A stretch of 58,720 nucleotides of DNA, filler included, from Sphacelaria rigidula (GCA_964200075.2; 4 parts of 4 records of this genome joined end to end with filler, not necessarily neighbours in it); one strand, 5' to 3'; positions 25,455 through 39,779 are shown, numbered from the whole stretch's first letter. Notes: a model not told the origin generated them from the letters alone. Made by a program: numbers and translations.

Positions 25455-27259
25455 TGGTGAAGACCTCACCCCGAAATCGCTCAGAGTAGTGCTGATTGGG
25501 TACTTGTGGATAAAAACAGCTGTGGTTGATGTAGGTGAGAAGGATTTGCGCCGATGTGTGGCAAAGCACGGGCAGCGGGTTGCACCCCTTCCCATACAGC
25601 TCGCCAAATTCGCACATGTCGAATATCTGTCACTGGAAGAAGGCCAATAATACAGCGTGACGACTCGAAACGAGGCTTCCATCCAAGGTTTCCATCCAAG
25701 TTTCACCACGCAGTATTGACGACTGCGGCGAAGCACCTGCGACATGGGCATCTTCGAGTAAACTTTGACACGTCGACTACTACGGCGAAGGCGAACTCCG
25801 CGAGGAGGACCCTGTCATCGTCTTTAATTCCTATTTCCGTGCTTACGCACTCATTACAATTCACCGTACAACAAAATACCGAGAGTGCTAATATGCTTCG
25901 TTAATGTCCGAAACTTGCCTGGTACATTGAAGAAACCGCTATCTCTCGAAGACAAATTCTGCTCCCACCCGAGAAAAATACAACGACAAAAACCATGAGA
26001 CGCATCCGTGTTCCTACCGCTACGAAATGGTCCCCGTACACGAGCTACTCGCTCGCACAGACGGCATGTAACAAATAAACACAAGACGGTAAGGCGGAGA
26101 GGCAGAATGAAATAATGCAAACAACACGTCGGTGCGTACTACGCTCAAGTTACCATAGCGTTATGTCTCCACACTTGCAGTGATCAAGGTGTCGAACGTT
26201 CAGCTTCTCCCTCACACATATATATACATGGCCTACCCGGTGGTCTCACCACCGTTCGCCCGTCTTCATCCCCCCCCCCGAACAAATACAGACTTATATA
26301 TATATATATATACTGCATAAGGAGCCAAGCGGATTTTTTTTAACAAAAGTACAAAATCTACAACAGCCAAATACAAAACGTTTCACGAAGTGGCGTATGG
26401 CATGGCCCCTACAGAATCGCGTCAAGAGATGAAAAAACTGACGTTTCATTTTGCCTGCTCGCGAAGCGCTACGGGGAGCTGCCACTAACGGTCATCGTAG
26501 TAGAGCGAAGGTGCGATAAACAGCCCAAAGTCGCCGAAAAACTTCACCATGCCGTTGAACAAACACTATGAGCTCCATCCAACTTCTTGCAAGAAGCGTA
26601 CGCATCTATATCACGCTTTGATAAACACCTGATTGACGCATCCAATACGATGCCGAGACCATGCATGGAACGCGGGAAATCTCTGTGCTTGAGTGGGTAC
26701 CCGCAAACATGAACCCGAAGCTGAAATAACGATTATGGATCCTTGAGCGGCACAGTCACTTCTAGGGTCCATCGCAGCTTGAAAAAACAACACATGGAAC
26801 GAAAAATAACACTACATAGCCAGTGGTGGTCACAAATTTCAATTATTATTTCTCCTCTTTCAGGAAATCAATCAAACGGGCACCATCCCGTCTCACAGCA
26901 CAAACGAATCACCTCAATCACCCACTTGTATCACCACGACGGCGTCATCTGTACATTAACCAAATAATCATGTTCCAATCATACGTTGTCCTCCGATCGC
27001 ACGGAATGGAGCTCTAGAAACGAACGGCGCTCGTCGTCCATGCGATGCCCGACACCCTAAAACATACACCACAGCACACGAGAAATCGCGTTGAAATGCG
27101 CGCGGGGGGGGGGGGGGGGGGGGGGGGGTGTGAAAATTTAAAAAAAATTTTTTGTTTTTAGGGCCCCCAGAGGCCCTTCCCTTTTTTTTGAGGNNNNNNN
27201 NNNCCGCCGCGCCCCCGCGCCCCCACCGCCCCACACCCCCGAACAACAAAAAGCCCGCG

Positions 27260-27320
<61 letters not shown>

Positions 27321-28288
27321 TGTGATATTGTAATACATATGTTTCGTTTTTAGGGCCCCCAGAGGCACTTCACTTCTTTTGAAGGCAGTCTCCACATCAT
27401 CAGGGTGAAAATACAGAATGTGTGATTCACGTCATGTTTCCTGACCCCGGATATCGGGCGTAAAAAAAAATCAAAGACCATTCATACAGCCTTTCTAGAT
27501 GAAGTACCTCAGAGCAACCGTGTGCGAAATATCACGGTCTTACTCGGAGAAAACAGCGTCAAGGATACATCGCTGGGGAGCAAAATTCCGGTCGTTCACC
27601 CTGAACCAGCCTGTATAAAACCACAATTAGCCCTACAAATAGCACGTATGTCAGGCAGTGGAATCATGGCCGACCACAAGTGGGAAAAAACGCGAGAAAA
27701 AATATAGCACACCTGCCGTATGATGCGTAACCGCATAAGAGGAAGTTGCGAAGTTGCCCTATTTTTTGGATCATGTACAACACTTCTTCGATTTTTTTTT
27801 CTCCGTATCCATGTCAACAGCTGAGAAATTGCGGTGATGCACAATTTCTAGTCTACTGGCTTACGCATTTTCGCGTGATAGTACTTCCAAGTCTCGTTCA
27901 ATCACTCAGGTCCACGGTCTACGGCAGGAACACAAACCCCATACCTACCTCACTGTCATCCCTGACCACAGGAAGATACGGCGCATCTGGCTGTGGCCGG
28001 AATCGCCAGCTAATGCAAAACGACGAGCACGCACGACACAAGTGAAAAACGAGCAAAGGCAAGGGGAAGGTGAAAAACGTCATCGATTGCACCCCGCAGT
28101 GTGGAAAACGTTTTGCTGACGATCTATGACCTGCTCGTGCGATACATCAATTGCGCGGATAAAAGCGTTGGTGAGACCCTTTGAATACCCGTATACGGTG
28201 CGGTAACTTGCGAGAAAAACAGTAACAACAGCAACACTTCCCGTGCTGCATGTAGACGGAACCCCATGCAAGTAAGAACCAGTGTGCA

Positions 28289-28591
28289 CACCCTGGATGA
28301 GACATCTCCCTGCAAAAAAATGTACTGCGTACAGTATCGAATATGTTGTCTTGTTGCAGTACACGCAAGAGTCAATACTGTACGCGGTACACTTTTTGGG
28401 CGCACTGTAACCGACACAATGGTCGATACTGTACGAGGTACACTTTTTAGGCGCACCTTGATGGACGCAGTAATATCGACTAGCCGATACTGTACGCAGC
28501 ACACTTTTTAGACGCACTCTCATTGACACAATAGTCGATACTGTACGCAGTACACTTCTCGACAATGTGAAGCTATGATTGTACCAGGGTG
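28289..28591. repeat. Short element with CACCCTGG/CCAGGGTG ends and internal 50-60-bp tandem units
   Basis: Four copies of (G)ATACTGTACG..GTACACTT between about 28371 and 28560, plus one inverted copy near 28318-28340. Confidence 0.55.
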
Positions 28592-29313
28592 TAAAGTACT
28601 GTCGCCCAAGCCGGTGACTTCCTTCCATACACAAAAAGCAAAAAGCAGTGCACGCTGGATTCGCCGTGTCCCCTCTCAGCCTCGTCCTAAACCTCACCCG
28701 GTAACGACGAAAAACACGAGGGTGGCCATCTCCGACGACAACTCTTGCACCCAGGAGTACTGAAATTACCGACAAGCCCACCATATTCCGAGCGGAAGGT
28801 ATTCGGCACACAAGTCACCATTGTCGGGTGCACGGAATTCGCGACAACGACACAGAGGGGAGAAGGGCGGAGACAAAGCAAGACGCAGACAGGAGCATCA
28901 CACGCCAGAATGATGAGTTAAGGTTTCATGAGAGGAGACAAAAAGCAAAACAAAACAAAACAAAACAAAACAAGCACGCACAAAAGTGTTCGTGTTGGGT
29001 CAAGAAAATAATACGTTTCGTGAATGCCACGGATCACTCGAATCGGCAAAACAACAAAAACAACAACAACGACAACCATGTGGAACGCGAAGAAATAGAG
29101 GCGAAACCGAACAATCACTCACCCCGAACGGCAGCATCGCCGAAAGCAGCACCAACACGATACGTGTAAAGTACACGTACATCAACACCTTTTGGGTTGA
29201 GGAGAGGGGCAGGGGGGCAGAGGGGGGGGGGGGGGTACTCATGATCATGCAAGCATGCATGTCATAGTCATCTGACCATTGACCTCGCATCTCTACAAAA
29301 CCGGAACGGAGCA

Positions 29314-29413
29314 NNNNNNNNNNNNNNNNNNNNNNNNNNNNNNNNNNNNNNNNNNNNTTAATTAATTAANNNNNNNNNNNNNNNNNNNNNNNNNNNNNNN
29401 NNNNNNNNNNNNN
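29314..29413. other. Artificial scaffold linker
   Basis: N44-TTAATTAATTAA-N44. Confidence 0.97.
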
Positions 29414-29417
29414 CTTA

Positions 29418-29498
29418 CAGCGCTGACCGAAACCGTCATTCCCCCCCCTTTTTTGAGGGGGGTAATATAAGAGAAAATGGCGGTTTCGGTCAGCGCTG
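29418..29498. mobile_element. Tiny TA-flanked Tc1/mariner-type MITE (81 bp)
   Basis: TA|CAGCGCTGACCGAAACCG...CGGTTTCGGTCAGCGCTG|TA. Confidence 0.75.
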
Positions 29499-32078
29499 TA
29501 AGCTCATAGAGTCGGTGAATTGCGCTGGAGAAGTATCTACGCAATCGAGGGGTATTAGGCCGACAAAATCGTCATTGGGCACCATCGCTGAAAGTGTGGG
29601 GAAAACACTGTTTTAGGCCTAAACCTCATCTCGCAGTTAAACCTCAATTCGCACAATTTGTTGTTTAAGGCTGGCTCGAAGGCCAAATCTGTCAGGCCTG
29701 GCGATCCTTAAGTGTACAGCATAGACCTTTGGCACTTGCGTTGTCCTCGAGACGCGTCCGCATCTCGGGATCCATCAGTCAATCCCCGTCAACGATGTCA
29801 CTGCAGATACGGCAACCGATTGTACTGTTTTTTCTGCGACGTGGTTGAAGTAGCACCCCATATCCCAGAAACTACGTTCGTCACCTGTTCCACCTTTCTC
29901 CCCATCAGCTGTTGCCTTCGTGCAGCGCATGGTTAGCCGATAGATGTCTGTGCTGATTGTCCGAAGTCTAGCATGGGTGTGAAGAGAAAGGTTAGTACAC
30001 AGTCCAGTGTCGCACGATGTATCTCAATATACTCTGTCGTCTACCGTAGATAAAGCTAGTGTTGTTCTCACTTGCTCATCAACGGATGTTATGTCAGATT
30101 GTGATATAATTTCAATGATTCAATCCCCGCCTGTTTTGAACAGGTCTAGTAGGAAGACTCTGGCCTCAACCACTTTCTCAGTATCCCAGAAACCTTCGAA
30201 AGGTGCACGCTGTGAATCTGCAACGACTGTATCCAAGACGTCTACTGCTCTCCCCAGTACAAGTGCTGCTACCCATGATGAATCCCGTCGAGCACGGTAT
30301 GCCTCTTCATTAGCTGCCGTAGGCACCTCATTCTCATTGTCGTTTTCCTCCCAGCGTGTACGCGTCACAGGCTCAATCAATGGTCAAGTTACACCTGACG
30401 TAACGTCAGACACTGCTACTGACGCCACAGTGGCATCGAATGTATTTTTAAAAACTAAGCCCGTGCTTCGATCAATTTTACTGTATCCTGTCCCTCCTTC
30501 TACCGTAAACTTTAGTGCAGCAAACGATTCACCCCTACATATCCTGGGGTTCGTCCGTTTCAAACTCAAGCTGGGTAAAACACTCCGCTCCATCGAAGCA
30601 CTAGTCGTCCGTTCACTCGGTCCTGGCTTGTTGCTACTCGATAATCACCGTATATCTAAGTTTAGTGCTAACCTTGATTCGGCAAATCAAATACTGTCCT
30701 CCCTTCATGATGGCTTTCCTATTCCAGCCATTCATCGGAAAAAATTAAGCAACCCATCATCGCAGACTCGTAGTGATTAACAATCAGAAAATGTTCCAGT
30801 AGCAACCATGCAAAGAGATGCTGAAGAAATTCCTGTAAACCTGCTAGAGCGGGTCACGCTAAAACCACAGCATGAGGCAGTCGTTGAAGCTTTTACATAA
30901 TATTTGCCAGCGACTGATTGTGCAGTGATTGTCGAACCTCGTCTTGTCTCTTGCGATGAAATGTCACAGCCTGACAGCCCACAAGTGTTTGAATCACTCA
31001 TTTCCGCCCGCACATTGGCGACTTGGTCCGCTACAGATGGGTCCGTGTCAGTACAAATCGCTAACCTGTCGTCTCACGAAGTGCCATTGCCTGCAAGATT
31101 AGTTTTGGGTAATCTCATCACTGTATCTGTCGTACACCCAGGACATTTACATGTCAATGCTGTAGCGAGGGTCCCTCGAACAGCATCTAAAGTCAGTAAA
31201 GTAATGGACAAACTTCAAAACCACTGTCCGAATCTTTTGAAGGCCCTACGTTTACGACGTCTCAACAAGCAGCCTAAGTCATGCGCGAAATTTAGCCCTG
31301 TCTTTCTCTGCCAATACAAGAGTTGGGTACCTGCACTATCACAGAAGCAGATCTCCCACACAAACCGAACACCCGTCCAGTCAATAAAACTCCTTATCGT
31401 TCCCATCCCCGCACCCGTGCGATTCTTGATGAATGCATGAAAGATATGCTCGAGTGGAACATCATTGAAGAGCGTCCCAGCACTTGGGGTTCTCCTGTCT
31501 ATGTTGTCGCGAAAAATAATGGTGAACCACGATTCGGTGTTGATTACCGTGGAAAATTAAACCCATCTCTCATTCGCAAAACATAACCTCTCCCAAATAT
31601 CGACACATGCCTCGATTCAGTCGGCGGTGCAAACGTTTTCACGGTCATAGATGTCATGAGTGCGTATCGGTAAGTACCAGTAGATGAAAATGACATGGAT
31701 ATAATCGCTTTTGTCGCCGAACGTGGTGAGTATGTCTTTGGTCGTCTCCCATCTGGCATATATATTATGTGCTCCATGGAGTTTTCAACGTACCATGGCC
31801 GTGGCTCTCGGTCACACATGGCCAGATTAGGGAATTTTACGCTACATCGATGACCTCATTTGTCTCACTTCCACGTTCAAGGAGCATCTGAAATTTCTCG
31901 AACGTACATTTGCAGTTTTACAAGCCGCGGGCTTCACTCTCAAGCCCTCATAAATCCGTTTCGGCCCCAAACAGGTATCATACCTCGGTCATGTAATCTC
32001 CGCCTATGGTATTTCAGTAGGTCAAGACCGCATTCAAGCTATCAACGACTTACCTACCCCGACTTGTATCAAAGACCG

Positions 32079-32411
32079 CACGCGCGGCCATTTGAGTAAC
32101 CCCCAAAATGCCTCCGGAGGGATGCGCGGATCTTCAGGGGGAACGCAAGCCTCCCGAGGCCTTCAATCCCTCTGGAGGAAACCAAACTCTACCGACCCGG
32201 AGGGCCGTACACCCCTCCGGAGGAGTTTGGGGGTATGCGTGGCGCTCCAGAGGCAAAAACAAGCCTCCGGAGGCGGTAAATCCCTTTGGAGGAAACCGAA
32301 AAATCTCCTCCGGAGGGCCGCGCACCCCTCCGGAGGCGTTTAATTCCTCTGGAGGCTCCAAAAGGTTACCCACCTAAAGGAACTTTGGAGGTAGCCAAAT
32401 GGCCGTGTGTG
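32079..32411. mobile_element. CMC/CACTA-like MITE nested in gypsy pol
   Basis: TIRs CAC(G/A)C(G/A)CGGCCATTTG, 2-bp TSD CG, internal repeats of the palindrome CCTCCGGAGG. Removal restores the in-frame PTCIKDRRSVLGM. Confidence 0.8.
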
Positions 32412-34895
32412 CGTCGCTCTGTTCTGGGCATGGAAGTTTTCGTGCGTCGATTTATCAAAGATGACGCCGACGTCACGGCACCTCTAGTCGATCTCACCCG
32501 GAAAGAATTTCCCATCAAACGCCTGTTCAAAAAATCATGGGGCAGTGAGCGGGATAACGCCTTCGCTGACGTTAAACGACTGCCTACATCAGCACCCGTC
32601 CTAAATTTCTCGCATTTCTCTCGAGAACTTGTCGTACACTGCGATGCTTCTAGTCTTGGTTTGGGGTCATTTTTGGGCAGCACTCTAGAGTCAGTATCAA
32701 CCCAAACGACGTTGACATCATCGCACGTTTCTCAAAGCGTTTCTCTAAATCATAGCGTCACCATAGTCCCACCATGATATGATGTTGCAGTGTTGTCTGG
32801 TCCCTACAATACTGAACGTCTTACCTCCGGGGTCGTCATTTCACTTGCTGGACAGATCACCAAGCTCTCACGCATTTATATCATATGCGAGACACCAGCA
32901 ACATTCTAACTCGATGGTTAATCCAACTGCAGAGCTTCGATTTCACGGTGAAACATGTCCCCGGGAAACTACACGTTGTGCCAGGTGCGTAGTCTCGCAT
33001 ATTCGGTAACACAAACGGTGAGGATATTCAATCTGGACCCAGACTAATAGCCATGTGACGTAACGTACCGGGTAATCGACCGTATCATCACCCGTCTCCT
33101 CAAGAATTCGAAGTATCAATAGATAATATCCTTCTTATCGAGACCGACCGCGATATGTTCACAAGTGCCGTATCAATCTTTCCGGTTGCAGATGCCGCTA
33201 AAATTGCAAAACAGCAACACGAAGAGTTCGGTCCTTACATCGACTATCTCAATGAACCCAAGTCTTCCCCCCTTCCTCCGAGGGAAACCGCACACACGAT
33301 GAGCGATTTTTTCCTCAACGATAATTTGCTTTTTCGCACTTACTTACCTGCCAGGTCATTTGCGGAAACGAAGAGATTTTCGGGATCAGTTAGTGGTACC
33401 TGATAAGTTACGTCCCCTGATCATGGAAGCTTGCCATGACCTTCCAGCTTCTGGTGGTCATCTAGCGTTCAAAAATATTTTCGATCGAGTGCAAGACAAG
33501 TACTGGTGGCCCACAGTACTCACTGATGCTAAACGCCACGTTGACTGTTGCCAATCATGTCAAAGGCGCAAGTCCTCAACACGGCCACCGGTGTTACCGG
33601 TCGGTCACCGTCTTATCTCAAGGCCATTTTATTGTATTCCGGTCGACCTCGTTGAGTGTAAATCCCGCTACCGAGGCAACCTATTCATTTTGTCAGTAAT
33701 TGATCACTTAACACGATTTGTAGTCCTTATTGCTATTCCTAACAAAGAGGCGTCGCCCGTCATATAGTGGAACGAGTCCTTTACATCTTTGGTCGCCCTG
33801 AAACATTACATTCGGACCAAGGTCCAGAATTCGAAACCCAATTCGTCAGGTAACTTCAAACCGTATTCGGATATAAGAAGATTCGAACCACACCATATCG
33901 CCCCCACGGTAACTCCGTTCTTGAACACGTCCATAGTACGGTACACACAATGTTAGCGATGTACAGTGGTATTGCGTGTTCTAACTGGGCAGATATGTTG
34001 CCGTTTGTCCAACTGGCACATAATACAGCCAATTCATCTACGCTTCACGAAATACCGCACTTTTTGACGTTCGGCCGCCGCGCCATATTACCCATCGATC
34101 TAATCCTTGGTGTACCGTCAACGTCCGCGCCCCAGTCTCCCCTGGATCATACGCGCGAAACTGTCAATGAATTGCAATTAGCATATTAGTTGGCTCGCCG
34201 GAAGCTCAGGGAACGGTCGGACAAACAAACTGATGCAAACCACAAATTTGTATTTCCCAAATGTGTCGCGCAGGCGATCAAGTCCTGATCCACCGTCCTT
34301 ACACGGACACTGATGGCCCCAACCCTGAGTTCAGTAGCCCATGGCGTGGACCATCCACTGTTCGTAGTCAAATCTCGCCAGTTATTTATCGTGTCTGTAA
34401 AGATGGCGAAGTCGCCGATATTTCCGTCCACCTCGGCAGACTACAAACATATCGAGCTCCGACCTTCCCATCTACCGTTGACCACGCAGTCCTGGACGAT
34501 TCGTGCTTAAAAACAAACTTGCCAATCCCCGATTTGAGCGGTGAGAAATCAGTCAAGCTCAGCTTGTTCATAATCGAGGGAATGGATGGTCACAAAAGAG
34601 GTGTGGGAGCAGCATCGAAAACGAACTTTCAACACCATCAAAAAGTCAAAGATTCTTCCCCTATTGTGGAGTGTGGCGTCATGTGTCTGCCCTACCCCAA
34701 CGTACGGAGATAATTGCGTCCTATCGTGCGGAAGTCTTGTCGCAAAACCCCACCGCCTTCGATCCGCCACAACGGAAATCGCGATCCATTGGCTTTTGAT
34801 ACTCTTGATACTCTTGGGATAAAGACACGAGTTGTTCATTACAAGCAAAAACGTTTCACCGTGTTATTTCCGGTGTAAACCTCGGCAAAGGAATG

Positions 34896-35465
34896 TGTTG
34901 AACCCACGGACTCTCAAGACCAGAAGAATGTAGCCCTCCCCCCAGGGACGGTCACAGCGCTCGCAGGTAGACGGTCATCTTCGAATTGATTGTCGGAGCA
35001 CGCACATGTAGACGGTCATCTTTGAATGGATTGTCAGAGCGTGCGCAAGTAGACGGTCATCTTCGAACTGATTGTCGAAGCGTGCACGTGTATAGACGGT
35101 CGACGGGAACTGACGGAGCATCCGTCTGGTGGCCTCATGCAAACACATTAGCATGCAGCTTCACTCATAGCTGCTAAATCGTTGTGGATCTGGGTTGATT
35201 ATTACACTCATGAGTAGCTACATAGAAATTGGCAGGCGGGCACCAACAAGAATTGTTGACGAGCAACTGTTGCAGGCTTCATGCAGTCCTTTGATCCACA
35301 GCAGCTGCTGCGTGGATGGATCCAACAAACGGTGTGGCGGAATAAGGATTCCAGCATCCTCCGTTGGATCCTGTCGAATCAACCATCATTAATAGATCCG
35401 GCTCTTGCTAGACACAGTATCAATTTAGATTACTCGATTCTCCTGTAGGAACGGAAGGTGCAACA
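34896..35465 (+). repeat. Candidate 3' LTR (570 bp) with internal 41-bp tandem repeats
   Basis: Purine-rich GGCAAAGGAA precedes TGTTG...CAACA. GTAGACGGTCATCTT repeats lie at about 34966-35100. No 5' LTR is available for comparison. Confidence 0.6.
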
Positions 35466-35915
35466 GCAGCTGCAGCCTGGCGCGTAACGCACACACAACG
35501 GTGTTCATTACGCTAAATCCATAGCCCACATCAGCAGCTGCTTGAGTTATTAATATACTCATGGTTGCTCCAGCTTTTTCACCCTATAGCCGCTAAGGTA
35601 ATAAATAGCATTCGAGGTAGTACGGGCACGTTGCGCTAGGTTACACAAAGCCGGGTGTCAAATCGTATTGTAATGCTGCATGCAACACCGGATGGTCTGT
35701 CCACACGTCAAATGTCCCACCGTCATACAAAGACGGTGTATCACAGCAAAATAGCAACGGTGGCGGCATACTCTCGACTCGGTTTCAACCGCCTATGTAC
35801 ACGTTGATGTTTCCGGGATGCGACTGTGCCATTTCGTTATCGATGCCCATTCTGGAAGCAAGTCACTTGCGCTATGCCTGTATACATGTGAGTCATTACA
35901 CTTGGTGACCTTTAA

Positions 35916-36057
35916 CCCTTTGGGAACTCAAGTGCTGATTCTTGTTTCGTGAATCTTTGTGAATCGGCATCATTTTGACTTGAANNNNNNNNNNGAAAAT
36001 GATGCCGATTCATCAAAGCAAAAATCAGCACTCCCTCAGGGTCTAGTTCCCAAAGGG
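35916..36057. mobile_element. piggyBac-type palindromic MITE (contains an assembly gap)
   Basis: TTAA|CCCTTTGGGAACT...AGTTCCCAAAGGG|TTAA. Confidence 0.8.
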
Positions 36058-38879
36058 TTAATTTCTGCGGCGAGTGTAAAGGATCATCGCTGCTATGTTT
36101 TCGCTCCTGCGCGTGCAATTGAAAACTTGGAGTGCCTCCCTCTTGAGCTGGTTTCCTTTTACGGCACGGCCCGCAGGCATAGCATGAGTTAGCTCGCATC
36201 ACATCTATGCTATTATTCCCAACTGTAGCATAGTAGAGCAGAACGGGTGTCTTGCCTTCGCGTGGAAAACATGATTTCAAACTGTTAGAGGACCTCATCA
36301 ACCGAAAGATATGGGCCATGCGTGCACCGAAATCCTTCATCTGTGTACGAGCATTTGTGAGACGAAATGCTACTTGATCTGCTGACTTGCACAGGAGGGG
36401 TGCGTACATCCAGTACACGCTGCGTGGTATACAAGCTATCATCCAGGTGTCTTATCTCACTGCAAAAGGACGGTGTGCAACCACACCTGTGCGTTGTGTG
36501 CAGTAAGCCTAGAGCCGTTTCATAGCGTGGTGCAGAGACAATGTCAACATGTAGCAGTAGATCGTGCCTGTACTAAATTTTGTCCACCTACGCACGGGAC
36601 TAACCACGCGGGGAATTGCACTTCATATGCCTGTTTTACTGTAGACTAAACACATAAAGCCCAGCGGTCGTAGCTGCATCCCTAACTTCAAACTCAGTCA
36701 GTAAGCAATAATCGCCGCTCTCACGCTGTAGACACGCATCTTCAGGTAACATAGGATAAAAAAAAGCAGCAGGCGGTGACTTTAAGCGCACAAAGGATTG
36801 ACCGCGGACCGGTTGATTCACTTTCGCATCCACCGGCAATGCATCGGTTTTACCTTTGGTCCACGATCTCGGGCGGGTCTGAGTTGGAATCCAATAGCCT
36901 GCAATGATACTGTTGGCTGTATGGATATGGGCCCGCTGACTCGCGTATGCGGCGGCGCTTTATACTCTTTACTCATTTCATATGTACGCACGCAGAACTT
37001 AAACGCCCGCCCGGACAGCTGCTGCATCTTGAAGTTTCTTTGCGAAATTGATACTTTGTAGCTTTTGTCCAGACTATCACCTTTTTTTGCTCTATTGTGC
37101 GCTGTTTGGCTCTGTTGATTGATGTTCGATCCTGTTTCGTGTTGCACGCGTTTAGCAATAGAAACATAGCTCTTGGAAGTGAGTGCAGATAGGAATCACC
37201 CAATTCGGGCATGCTCATACTATTTTATAAAATATGGGTACGCCTTGTTGGCTGATATCTCGAAGTTTCTTCCAAAACGCGGCCCGCCACCAGGAATGAG
37301 TCGATTTTCACCACCTTGACCACATACCTTTCCGCACCCTACCCAAGCGTGGTGGAACCCACTATAGCGGTCTCCGTAGTTTGATTACCCCTGTACTGGG
37401 GCAAAACGTGAGCGCGTCGCTCCCAGCGCGCATCATGATAGCTGATTATTTTTTTGTCAAGTTATGTCCCTCCTAAAACAAATCTGGCACCGTGATGAAA
37501 ACGAGATTGCACTGTGTTCTTCTTATTTCATATGAAGAATCAAAACTCTCAGCCGCTGCTACCAATATCCTCCTGCAGCGTGGTACCTTCTCGAGGGTGT
37601 GACTACACCGCAGATGTCATGATACGACACAATAGTCCTGGTTGTGGAAGCACCATGATACAAACCGATTGGTGTTGGCCATATGTTGTTGTCAACATTG
37701 CGTATCTCTACTGTGCAAGCCGAGAACTAGAACGATACAACAACAGAATTTCGGTCATGAAAATTACGAAGTTTCGCGAGCTCATGCGAATACGACTCAC
37801 TCTTACTATGTGATTACACAGTCCACCATCCATTCGTGCACACAATTCCTATTTTTACTATTATGTCGACCTTCCTGCATCCGCTCATTGCTTGAATCAA
37901 ACATCGGTACAGTCTCACCGTTATTCCTGAAACAATCGTAAGCTCACAGCACGTGGAGAAAGTCCAACGCAGAACGATACACGCCGAACGTCAGGATATT
38001 CTCGATCACAGCTTCAGGCCGATTCGGTTTCTCTTTTCTTTCGGTGGCGTCAAAACTTCGCACTTCAAAAGAAATGAGCACCAGGGTGACACCCGGTTGA
38101 GCCGGTGCTTGGAAAGAACCGGGTTCAACCAGATGTAAAGAGGCATTTTTATGTCTTCCGTCTCTTGACGGATTACATCTCACTCTCACCCCTGACTGTG
38201 GTACTAGCCAGTTCCCGCAATCAGCCCTCCGGGCGCGTAGTGTGTCGTTTTGAATCGACGGTTCATCATCGTACTACCCTCATCCATCACGCCACGCCGC
38301 GATCCGTAACAGACAGTGTCATCATAGGGATGGATTTACCTGAGCACGGATTCCCAATCGGAAATCTCTCAGCATCCATTTACCATTTCAACCCATCGAC
38401 AGCTATAACCCACAAATGGTTGAAAAGTACAATGGGTCATACTGTCTTCCGCCGTGCCTGTTCACATCTGCAGGTGATTTTTGTCCACCGAGTGAAGCTT
38501 TAGTTGTACCGTCGGTCACATCTCGCATCACTTTTCTCCGAGATATATCCACTTGTTACCCACAAATATCATTTGCCATGCAAATCATACAACTCCCACC
38601 ATGCTCTACTCATAATGTCAGGGTGTAAAATATCAGAAATACACCCAGTCTTGTGCAGCCAATCTTGCCATCTCACACAGCAAGTCCTTGTTGTCTCGTG
38701 TTAACGTCTAAAACGTTGCTTTCAAAAAACACGATCATATCAGAATCATCAACGGTAGTTTTCCACTACCACCGACCCTCGCCACGCGCATTTTTCAGAC
38801 AGGATTAACTTGAATCCAACCCAGTACTCCATTTTTCTCTGAGATTCGACTGAGTAGCCGGCTTAACACCATCATATCT

Positions 38880-39240
38880 GGGGGGGTGATGTAAGTACCA
38901 GGGTAATCCACAAGTCTTCCACGTGTCCACAAGCGCGACGGGACCATATCTCCCTCGGCATAGTTCCCGAAAATATTTTATGGACCCCTCCCCTCCGTTC
39001 CATGAGTGTTCATGTTTCCGACATAGTTCTGGGAACGTTCCCTCTGGAACACTAGTCTATCCCCTCGGGTCATTGTCTATCCCGTCCCCGGAGTACTAGT
39101 CATAATCCAAGTCCAGTTGGTGTCTCTTCCCACCCCCCTTGCAGTCTCCCTCCACACAAGAACGAACTGTCTAGGCAAGTCCCACGACCAAACCCGTGGC
39201 TCTCGAGACTACTACCACTCCCATTCCTAGGGGTAGTAGC
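38880..39240 (+). mobile_element. Possible PPT-LTR junction of an old LTR element
   Basis: GGGGGGGTGA followed by TGTAA. The right end is not defined. Confidence 0.3.
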
Positions 39241-39779
39241 CTTAGAAGACCTCTACCTCATCCAAAACACCACTCTTGAAATATGTGATTACGCCACCAG
39301 GATTACTGTTCTGATGTGCTAGGGATATCCCGAATGGATTTGCAAACGGGGATGCACTGACCCGTATTCTTGTGCATCTATAATCGTTCGGAGCCCCTGA
39401 ACCAGACAAGAATTTGCGCAAAAAGTGCATCCCTACCGTAGCATTGCTCGTCAAACAATTTCGTCACCACGTGCATGTCGAGCGCTCCCTTCACTTCCCC
39501 CCCCTTTCCCCCCACTTTGAGCCTGGTCCGGCGAATCCCCGGCGTGCTCCGTCCCGGCTTGGTCGCGACAGACCCCCCCGATGGGGTTGGCGTCGGTGGT
39601 CAACGACGATGTGAAACGCACTACTTACAGTGTAAATTACGCAGTCAGCTTGCTGATTATATTGCGCTTGTGTTTTTTTGCGGTAACCATGATGACGCTC
39701 GAGCTAGATCATTTTGGATGAGGTGGGGGAACCTCAATTCCGCACATGGGGGATGACTATACTACGTAGTAGTGTTTGA

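Larger units (their letters stand above)
30007..35465 (+). mobile_element. Degenerate Ty3/gypsy retrotransposon (PR-RT-RH-IN-chromo-like tail) with candidate 3' LTR
   Basis: PR-like VTSDTATDA; RT SPWGSP-like STWGSPV...PRFGVDYR and YIDD at 31843-31854; RH VVHCDAS; IN HDLPASGGHL...KYWWP...CQSCQ, VIDHLTRF, HSDQGPEF; WRGP motif; FIIEGMDGHKRG tail. Many stops and frameshifts. Confidence 0.92.

Noticed and set aside
27093-27390. Duplicated poly-G block around a 10-N gap
   Set aside because: Low-quality sequence duplicated across a gap; probable assembly artefact.
28371-28560. CRISPR-like repeat-spacer pattern
   Set aside because: Units are degenerate, intervening sequences resemble each other, there are no cas genes and the context is eukaryotic.
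34960-35120. CRISPR-like array
   Set aside because: A simple tandem repeat with no unique spacers, inside a candidate LTR.
38200-38800. P-loop/SF3 helicase remnant on the minus strand (GGSGK-like)
   Set aside because: Motifs fall in different frames with many stops; not supportable by eye.
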